Assembly (NCBI GenBank): GCA_016935715.1
Contig: JAFGQJ010000112.1
Span: 1 to 33,737 of the forward strand
Direction: 5' to 3'
From: Spirochaetales bacterium
GTDB taxonomy: Bacteria; Spirochaetota; Spirochaetia; SZUA-6; DRHE01
Length of the DNA stretch: 33,737 nt
The position numbers and the translations under genes are program-made. Position 1 is the stretch's first letter; every line of letters starts with the position of its first letter. Under the pieces are notes generated by a model. The model had not been told where the DNA came from, made no database searches, and saw only the letters and a program-made list of their open reading frames with translations. Below, in pieces: positions 26,667 to 33,737 of the stretch.

Positions 26667-28769
26667 GTGAAGGAACTTCTTCGTCTTCCCGTTACCTGCA
26701 ACAAGGACTGCGGGGGAGGCTGCCCCCTGATCGCCGAGATCAGGGACGGCCGTCTGCTCCGTCTTCTGGACAATCCCCTCAAACCCCCTGCCATGAGGGG
26801 CTGTGTCCGGGGCTATCAGATGGCTCGCACGGTGTACCATCCCCGGCGTCTGCGGGCACCCCTGCTGCGAAGCGGCCCCCGGGGCTCGGGGCGGTACCGC
26901 GAGGTCGGCTGGAAGGAGGCCCTGCGGGTGGTCGCCGAAAGGCTGGAGCGGATCCGCGCCGCCGGGGATCCGCAGGCGGTCATGCGGCTAGGGGGTTCGG
27001 GCTCCCCTCGGGGCGCTCTGCACAACACCGACCTGCTCACAAAGCGCTTTTTATCCCTATTCGGGGGCTTCACCGATCTCAGCGGGAGCTACAGCGCGGG
27101 AGCCGAGCTGTTCGTCAATCCCTATCTTTTCGGTCCGGCCCATGCCGGGAGCGCGGGAATAGACGCCGCCACCCTGCGCCATTCCCGGCTGATCCTGCTC
27201 TGGGGCGCGAATCCAGCCGATACCCGTTTCGGCGCCGAACTGTGCACCCGCATCCGCGAGCAGCGCAGGCGGGGTACTCCGGTCATCACGATCGATCCGC
27301 GCTGTTCGCGCACGGCAAGGAGCCTGTCCGACCAGTGGATAGCGGTGCGGCCGGGAAGCGACACGGCCCTGATGGCGGCGATTCTCTACGTGTTGCTGGA
27401 GGAGGAGCTGGTCGATCGGGTGTTCGTTCGCGAGCACAGCCTCGGCTTCGAAGCGCTGGAACGCTACGTCCTGGGCAGGGACGACGGGGAAGCCAAGACA
27501 CCGTCCTGGGCCGGGGAGATCTGCGGCACGGGCCGGGATGTCATCCTGCGGCTGGCCCGGTTGTACGGAAAAAGCCGACCCGCCGCCCTGATTCCGGGGC
27601 TGTCCATCCAGAGAACCATCGGCGGGGAGGAAGCCATTCGCATGGCCGTGGCTCTGCAGACCGCTACCGGCAACGTGGGCGTCCCGGGCGGATCCTCCGG
27701 TTCCAGCGCCTGGGGAAGGCTCCCCGATCCCCGCTGCGGGCGAATGACCGTGCCTCCGGGGGGGCCGCGCCCGGAGGTACCCGAGTACCGCTGGGCCGAC
27801 GCGATCCTGGAAGGGCGATCAGGCGGCTATCCCGGCGATATCCGGGCCCTCTACAATGTCGGGGGCAACTACTTGGCGACGGGAAGCGACGTGCGGAAGA
27901 ACATACGAGCCTTTGCAAAGGTGGATTTCTCAGTCTGTCACGACTGCTTCCTGACGCCTACGGCTGCACATTGCGACGTGGTGCTGCCGGTTACCACCTT
28001 TCTGGAACGGGAGGATATCGTTTTTCCCGAGAGCAACCACCTGTTGTACTCCCACAAGGCGATCGAGCCGGTGGGGCAGTCCAGGAACGATTACGATATC
28101 TTCTGCGGGCTGGCCGATCTGCTCGGCTTCGGCCGGGAGTATTCCCTGGGCAGGAGCGCCGGCGAATGGTTAGAGTGCTTCCTGGAAGAATCGGAGATCC
28201 CGGATGCGGATGAGTTCCGCCGCACCGGCATCTATTCGGGTCCCGAGCAGGAGCGCTGCGGCCTGTCCGAGTTCGCCGCCGATCCGGAGGGTTTCCCGCT
28301 GTCCACCCCGTCGGGGAAGATCGAGATCGCCTCCGCCGGATACGCCCGCCTCGGCTTTCCCGCCTTTCCCACCTGGAGGGGCTTCCGGACCGGGGAGGAA
28401 TATCCGCTTTATCTGATCACCCCCCATGCTCGCTACCGGACCAACTCCCAGCACGCCAATGATCCCTGGTTCGTGGAGCGGGAAACGCAGCTTCTGTGGA
28501 TGCATCCCCGGGATGCCGCGGCCCGGGGCATCCCGGAAGGAAGCCGGGTGGAGGCGGCCAGTCCACAGGGGAAGCTGCGGGTCACGGTCCGGGTCACCGA
28601 GGAAATCATGCCCGGCGTGGTGTGCCTCCTGGCCGGAATGTGGCCGGAGATAGGCGGGGACGGCGTGGACACGGCGGGCTCGGCGAATATCCTCACCTCC
28701 ACGCTGCCCACCCAGCCCAGCCAGAGCTCCCGCACCCACTCGGTGGCCGTGGATGTGAGGCCCGCCTGA
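26667..28769 (+). CDS. Molybdopterin oxidoreductase catalytic subunit (DmsA/BisC-like)
   Basis: N-terminal CNKDCGGGC...CVRG Fe-S motif, RLRAPL, GSYS (Ser ligand position), WGANP, IDPR, RPGSDTAL, DVVLP and MHPRDAAARGI. Confidence 0.92.
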   Translation: MKELLRLPVTCNKDCGGGCPLIAEIRDGRLLRLLDNPLKPPAMRGCVRGYQMARTVYHPRRLRAPLLRSGPRGSGRYREVGWKEALRVVAERLERIRAAGDPQAVMRLGGSGSPRGALHNTDLLTKRFLSLFGGFTDLSGSYSAGAELFVNPYLFGPAHAGSAGIDAATLRHSRLILLWGANPADTRFGAELCTRIREQRRRGTPVITIDPRCSRTARSLSDQWIAVRPGSDTALMAAILYVLLEEELVDRVFVREHSLGFEALERYVLGRDDGEAKTPSWAGEICGTGRDVILRLARLYGKSRPAALIPGLSIQRTIGGEEAIRMAVALQTATGNVGVPGGSSGSSAWGRLPDPRCGRMTVPPGGPRPEVPEYRWADAILEGRSGGYPGDIRALYNVGGNYLATGSDVRKNIRAFAKVDFSVCHDCFLTPTAAHCDVVLPVTTFLEREDIVFPESNHLLYSHKAIEPVGQSRNDYDIFCGLADLLGFGREYSLGRSAGEWLECFLEESEIPDADEFRRTGIYSGPEQERCGLSEFAADPEGFPLSTPSGKIEIASAGYARLGFPAFPTWRGFRTGEEYPLYLITPHARYRTNSQHANDPWFVERETQLLWMHPRDAAARGIPEGSRVEAASPQGKLRVTVRVTEEIMPGVVCLLAGMWPEIGGDGVDTAGSANILTSTLPTQPSQSSRTHSVAVDVRPA

Positions 28770-28836
28770 TTCAGGCCGGGTATGATCGGCGGAGCGTCAA
28801 TGCAGAATGCATAGTAAAATTACTAGGAGGAACGAT

Positions 28837-29862
28837 ATGATTTCCAAAGAACAGATGCGTGAAAAGATCGCCTCGGAATCCGGCGCGGTGATCGACGTCC
28901 ACACCCACGTGGGCATCAGCCCGGGAGGGTACATCAGCCAGGGATATCCCTACTGCCTCAGCCTGGAAGACCTGGCGATCCGGATGAACATCCTCGGGAT
29001 TTCCTACTCGGTGGTTTTTCCCTTGGGGTCTTTCTACTATGCCCTGTCCCGGTCCAAGGAGAAGAAGGTCCGGATCAGCGGGCGGATCAGCCGTTTCCCG
29101 TACGAGCTGGCGAATCAGAACCTTCTCAACGAGATTTTCGAGATATTCCCCGGGTATTCGCAGCTCTTTCTTCCCTTCGCCATGTTCGATCCCTCCAGAA
29201 AACAGGCGGCCCAGGTGAAGCTGCTCCGGACCCTAGCCGATCGCTATCCCCTGTACGGATTGAAGACGGTGACCAGCTATTCCCAGGCGAACATCACGGA
29301 CCTTCTCTCGCCGCGGGGCCGCTGCATCCTGGAGTTTGCCCGGGATCTGGATATCCCCGTCACGATCCACACTTCGGTGGCCCCGGGAGATCCCTGGGCG
29401 AATGTTTTCTCCATCCTCGATGTGGTTTCCGACAATCCGGAGGTGCGCTTTTGCCTGGCTCATACCTGCCGCTTCAGCAAGACGGCCCTCGACACCGCCG
29501 ATCGCCTGGACAACTGCTTCGTGGACCTGTCCGCCTTTCACATCCACTGCCAGCTGGCCGTCCAGGACAGTCCGTCGATCGCGGGCAGGGATGAACGGTT
29601 CGACGCCGACTACCACAGGCCCCTGGAGGCGCTGAAACAGCTGGCCGAAGCCTATCCGCAAACCCTCTGCTGGGGTACCGATACGCCCGCCTACTACTAC
29701 ATCAATCGCTGGGTGGATGACCAAGGGAGGATGCACCGGTCGGATTTGAAGTGTGACTGGGACGTGGAAGCGCTGGCCCTGAGGAAGCTGGACGATCAGA
29801 CCCGCCGGCGCCTGGCCTACGACAATCCGCTGCGTCTGCTGTTTGCGGGCAAAGTTGTCTGA
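28837..29862 (+). CDS. Amidohydrolase-2 family metal-dependent hydrolase
   Basis: IDVHTHVG, VTIHT, LAH and WGTDTP; ATG 28837 follows AGGAGG. Confidence 0.82.
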   Translation: MISKEQMREKIASESGAVIDVHTHVGISPGGYISQGYPYCLSLEDLAIRMNILGISYSVVFPLGSFYYALSRSKEKKVRISGRISRFPYELANQNLLNEIFEIFPGYSQLFLPFAMFDPSRKQAAQVKLLRTLADRYPLYGLKTVTSYSQANITDLLSPRGRCILEFARDLDIPVTIHTSVAPGDPWANVFSILDVVSDNPEVRFCLAHTCRFSKTALDTADRLDNCFVDLSAFHIHCQLAVQDSPSIAGRDERFDADYHRPLEALKQLAEAYPQTLCWGTDTPAYYYINRWVDDQGRMHRSDLKCDWDVEALALRKLDDQTRRRLAYDNPLRLLFAGKVV

Positions 29863-29863
29863 G

Positions 29864-31045
29864 ATGGCCAAAGCCGAATTGAGCTCCAGGGAACGGATGC
29901 TGGGAGCGATCGAGTCGCGGGAGATCGACTATATCCCCTGCTCCTTCATGCTGTTCTGGAACGTCTCGCAGAGCTGTTCCTCCCAGGAGGAAAGCGTCGA
30001 AAAACAGCTGCAGCTGGGGCTCGATCCCTACCTCACCACGGGGCCGAAGCGCTGCCTTCATCCCGACGTCGAGTACCGGGAATGGGCGGAAACCCGGGAG
30101 GGGATCAAATATTTCTGCAGGAGCTTCGATACGCCCCGGGGGCCTCTCACCGGTGCAGTGCGCCAGATCGACGGCTGGCCCTCGGGGGGGGGCCTGCCCC
30201 TGTTCCACGACTTCATCGTTCCCCGCATCGCCGAGCCCCTTGTCAAGCCCGAACGGGACCTGGAGAAGCTGCCCTACCTGTTCGGGCCGTTCAGCGACGC
30301 GGCCGTAGCGGAATTCCGGGAGAAAGCCGGGAAGACCAGGGCGTTCGCGGAGAAGCACGGCCTGCTGCTGACCGGGGGATTCGGCTACGACGGCTATGAA
30401 GGGCTGGTCGGGGCCGAGGCCATGTCCTGGATTACCGGCTTCACAGAGACGATGATCCTGTCGGTGACCCGCCCTGAGCTCATCCGGGAATACGCGAACA
30501 TCATCCACGAGTGGAATCTGCGCCAGATCGAGCTGATCCTGGATATCGCGAATCCGGACCTGCTCATACGCAGGGCCTGGTATGAAACCACCGAATTCTG
30601 GACCCCGACAGCCTTCAGACAGATCATCGCCCCGACCATCCGCCGGGAAGTCGAGCTGGTGCATCAGGCGGGCAAGAAATACGGCTACCTAATCACAAGT
30701 GCATTCCTGCCAATTCTGGAGGACATCCTGGAGGCCGGCATCGACGTACTGATCGGACTGGACCCGAAGGAGGGAAAGGGGACGGACATCGCCGTGGTCA
30801 AGGAGCGTTTCCGTGCTCGAAACAAGGCCATTTGGGGAGGTGCCAGCGGGTCGGTGACCGTCGAGATGGGAACGGAGAGGGAAAACGAACAGGCGGTCAT
30901 GGAGACCCTCACTGTTCTCGGTAAGGGTGGGGGATTCATCCTCTCACCGGTGGACAATGTGCGGGAGGACAACGAAAGAACCTGGCGGAATACGTACACC
31001 TATATCGACACCTGGAAACGCTACAGGACCATCTATGGCCACTGA
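29864..31045 (+). CDS. Uroporphyrinogen decarboxylase / MtaA-CmuA-like TIM-barrel protein
   Basis: SSRERMLGAI...DYIP N-terminus, GIDVLIGLDP, IWGG and GGGFILSP. Confidence 0.75.
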   Translation: MAKAELSSRERMLGAIESREIDYIPCSFMLFWNVSQSCSSQEESVEKQLQLGLDPYLTTGPKRCLHPDVEYREWAETREGIKYFCRSFDTPRGPLTGAVRQIDGWPSGGGLPLFHDFIVPRIAEPLVKPERDLEKLPYLFGPFSDAAVAEFREKAGKTRAFAEKHGLLLTGGFGYDGYEGLVGAEAMSWITGFTETMILSVTRPELIREYANIIHEWNLRQIELILDIANPDLLIRRAWYETTEFWTPTAFRQIIAPTIRREVELVHQAGKKYGYLITSAFLPILEDILEAGIDVLIGLDPKEGKGTDIAVVKERFRARNKAIWGGASGSVTVEMGTERENEQAVMETLTVLGKGGGFILSPVDNVREDNERTWRNTYTYIDTWKRYRTIYGH

Positions 31046-31083
31046 TCCCATTAGCGGTGTATGATGCCGGGAGCGCTCGGATC

Positions 31084-32062
31084 ATGAGGGAACTACTGTC
31101 CACAGCGATTACTCCCGATTGGGAAGGTTTGATCTCCTGCATCCGGTGTGACAAGACCCCCGCACGCACGCATCACATCGAGCTCCTCCTCGACGAGGAG
31201 GTCCAGGATGCCGTCTGTGCCAGCTTCACCCTTCTCGAAGGCCTGGATCAAGAGGATCCGTACTTTTCGGAGAAAAGGCAGATCCGGCTGCAGCGTTTCC
31301 TCGGTTATGATTACGTCACAGTCTGTCCGGAGAATTCGGAAAGCTTTCTTCATCACTACGACAGCACCGAAGATACGGCAAATCTCAAGCGCTCGGAAGG
31401 GCGGGTGTTCATCGACGAGCATCGCGACCCCATCACCGATTGGGACGAATTCGACTCGTACCCCTGGCCCGATCCCCGCGATTTCACCACCCGCTCACTC
31501 GAGTACTACCAGGAAAACCTTCCCGACGACATGTGCATCATCGGCGGACTGGTCGGTTCCTACGCGGAGAACATCACCTGGCTGATAGGCTACGAGAGGT
31601 TGTGCTACGCCCTCTACGATCAGAGGGATCTGGTGCAGGCCATAGCCGACAAGCTCACGGAGATCTTTCGTGCCACTGTGCAGATGATCCTGCGCTTCGA
31701 TCGCGTCAAGGCAATTTGGGGAAGCGACGATATGGGCTTCCGAACCGGCACGTTCATCAGCCCGGAGGATCTGAGGACTTTCGTTTTGCCGGGCCACAAG
31801 GCTCTGGCCGAAATGGCGCACGATGGGGGCCATCCATATTTCCTCCATTCCTGCGGACGGATTGACCGCGTGACGGAAGATCTCATTGAAGGTGTCGGCA
31901 TCGACGCCAAGCACTCCTTCGAGGATACCATCGAAAGCGTCGTCGAGTTCACGAAGAAATACGGGCGGCGGATACTGCCTGGGCACGGGCAACTCGGTGG
32001 CCAACTACATTCCTCTGGCGGGCTATCTCACGATGCTCGATGAGGGGCGGAAATCCCGGTGA
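31084..32062 (+). pseudogene. UroD/MtaA-like protein disrupted near the C-terminus by an apparent deletion with frameshift
   Basis: YPWPDP, SDDMG, FLHSCG and DAKHSFED are in frame up to KKYGRR (about 31971). The family-like tail GGYCLGTGNSVANYIPLAGYLTMLDEGRKSR* is in the +1 frame (31964-32062). Confidence 0.8.
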
Positions 32063-32883
32063 ATAGCAGCGATCACGGCAAAGATGACCCGGCGCGGCGG
32101 CAGCACGCGAGCGAATCACCGGGGGAGATCCTTTTCCTGCGCGTTCCGCCCGCGGGACTGGTCAAGCCCGTGGGGAGTGTCGGGCGACCCGTGCCGGCCC
32201 GCCTGCGGGCCGTGTTCGACCGCGACGGTTTCCGCGGCCGGGCGGGGCAGCGCAGCGTCACCTGTTTCTGGATCGGGATGGGCAGGCGCGTACGAGTGCC
32301 GGGCCGGAGGCTGCTGGAGCGGATTCGCTGCGGGGAGATTACTGAAATTATCGACATCGGCTGCGCCGGCGCCCTGGATCCGGCCCTGCGCAGGGGCGAC
32401 ATGGTCCTGAGCAGCGACGACATCGTCTTCGACGGCGGCTTGCCCGTGGTTGTTAGCCGCCGCCCGGAGCTGAGTTCCATTCTGGCCGAGGTGGCCGCGG
32501 GCCGGGGAGCCGCCTTCCGCAGAGCTCCGATCCTGACCCACGAACGTTTCGTCGCGAGACGGGAGCAACGCATCGAGCTGTTCGAACGTACCGGCTGCGT
32601 GGCTGTGCAGATGGAACACGCCTGGTTCGTCCGGCTCCTGCAGCAGCTGTTGGCAGCCGACAGGTTCGAAAAGATCCGGATCACCCACCTGGTGCTGATT
32701 ACCGACGCGGTTCCCCGCGGAGCAGGCCGGAGGGAAACAATGCTTTCAACCTGGGATGCCCTGACAGGCTACACTTTTCCGGGAGGAAGATGCGGGATCG
32801 CCTCCCTGCGTCGGGAGGTACTGAGCCGCTGGCCGGGTGCTACAGAGCCGCCCGGCGCCGTCCCTCCCCACCGATCTGGGTGA
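32059..32883 (+). CDS. Nucleoside phosphorylase/nucleosidase-like protein (PNP/UDP fold)
   Basis: IGMG, DIGCAGALDPALRRGDMV and AVQME motifs; GTGA overlap with the upstream +1-frame stop. Confidence 0.7.
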   Translation: MNSSDHGKDDPARRQHASESPGEILFLRVPPAGLVKPVGSVGRPVPARLRAVFDRDGFRGRAGQRSVTCFWIGMGRRVRVPGRRLLERIRCGEITEIIDIGCAGALDPALRRGDMVLSSDDIVFDGGLPVVVSRRPELSSILAEVAAGRGAAFRRAPILTHERFVARREQRIELFERTGCVAVQMEHAWFVRLLQQLLAADRFEKIRITHLVLITDAVPRGAGRRETMLSTWDALTGYTFPGGRCGIASLRREVLSRWPGATEPPGAVPPHRSG

Positions 32884-33691
32884 GCTCCCTGTACCCGATT
32901 CCCTTGAGTATCCGGGCCGCCTCGACGTAGTACCCGTCAAGCTGCTCAGGCCGGTGGGCGTCGGAGTTGATCATAACGGGTATGTTCCGTTTGAGGCACT
33001 CGGCCAGGATCCACTCAGATGGATAGAGGGCCCCGCTGGTGTTGCGCACGATGCCGCCGGTGTTGACCTCCAGGATGCAGGGGGATGCGGCCACCGCGTC
33101 CAGGGCACGGCTTACCGCGGCACGGTACCAGGATGCCTCCTCGGAGAAGTACTTCCCGTCCCGGTTGTTCTTCTTGATAAGATCGAAGTGCCCGATGATG
33201 TCCGGGGCCGCTGTAGCGACCATGGCGGTCATCCGGCTGTAGTACTCCTCTACGGCTCTGCGGATATCACCTCGGAAGGTTTCAGCCAGGCCCCTTTCCG
33301 TCTCTTCGGGAGGACCATCGACCGTCCAGAGCTCGCCGCCGTTCAGGCGCCCGACGAAGTGCACCGATCCAATCGTGAAATCCAGGTTCAGGGCCCGGAT
33401 ATGCGCCGCCGCGGGTGTGATGATCTCTGGGATGTAGTCCACCTCCAGGCCTACGAGCAGTTCGATCCTGTCCCGGTACGTGTTTTTGAGCCGTCGAGCC
33501 GTGTCGAGGTACTCCGGCAGAAGCGGGGAGGGGATCGTCCAATCGCAGTCGAACGGCACCGGAGCGTGCCCGCTGAAGCCCAGAGTGTGCAGGCCTTTCT
33601 GAAGGGCCGCCCGTACGTAATCTCCCAGCTCGCCGTGGCCGTCGTCGAGGCGGGAGTGGCAGTGGTAGTTGGCCAGGATGCTTTGCTTCAT
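32840..33691 (-). CDS. hisK: PHP-family histidinol-phosphatase (HisJ/HisK type)
   Basis: NYHCHS, GFSGHAP, GLEVDY, IGSVH, IGHFDLIKK, LEVNTGG and NSDAH. Confidence 0.88.
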   Translation of the reverse strand: MKQSILANYHCHSRLDDGHGELGDYVRAALQKGLHTLGFSGHAPVPFDCDWTIPSPLLPEYLDTARRLKNTYRDRIELLVGLEVDYIPEIITPAAAHIRALNLDFTIGSVHFVGRLNGGELWTVDGPPEETERGLAETFRGDIRRAVEEYYSRMTAMVATAAPDIIGHFDLIKKNNRDGKYFSEEASWYRAAVSRALDAVAASPCILEVNTGGIVRNTSGALYPSEWILAECLKRNIPVMINSDAHRPEQLDGYYVEAARILKGIGYRELTQIGGEGRRRAAL

Positions 33692-33737
33692 GGGTGGATT
33701 CTACCGGAGCGATCGAGGAATGAACAGACGCCGCGGA

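Noticed and set aside
31960-31980. Programmed ribosomal frameshift in the UroD-like gene
   Set aside because: There is no slippery heptamer, and a structural segment appears to be missing, so a frameshift alone would not restore the protein.
32840-32883. 44-nt 3' overlap of convergent genes
   Set aside because: Short tail-to-tail overlaps are common in GC-rich genomes; no further evidence of function.
1-33737. CRISPR array, tRNA/rRNA, transposase/integrase, intein in atpA, selenocysteine recoding
   Set aside because: I saw no periodic repeats, RNA gene signatures, recombinase motifs, insertions or in-frame TGA at catalytic positions.

Overview
GC-rich bacterial window, probably from a free-living Spirochaetota member (both solute-binding proteins have the 'F(A/S)GGxxE' leader end typical of that phylum; inference). 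It has three blocks. (1) 61-9730: a complete nine-gene V/A-type ATP synthase operon (H/G-C-I-K-F-E-A-B-D) running directly into a universal stress protein and a stand-alone PTS EIIA. (2) About 9750-26650: a catabolic-looking locus built around two AT-rich divergent promoter regions. It holds an atypical gamma-glutamyltransferase, two NagA-like deacetylases that lack the phosphate-binding residues, two CUT1 sugar ABC importers (one with a duplicated MalG-type permease), a ROK repressor, a DegT/DnrJ aminotransferase paired with a Zn-dependent dehydrogenase, and a ceramidase-like amidase. This may be an undescribed pathway for degrading a non-phosphorylated N-acylated amino sugar or aminocyclitol. 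(3) 26667-33691: a stand-alone molybdopterin oxidoreductase, an amidohydrolase, two UroD/MtaA-like proteins (the second broken by an apparent microhomology deletion with frameshift), a nucleosidase-like gene and a convergent PHP-family histidinol phosphatase. I saw no rRNA, tRNA, CRISPR array or mobile element. All calls come from motif recognition by eye; no database searches were run.
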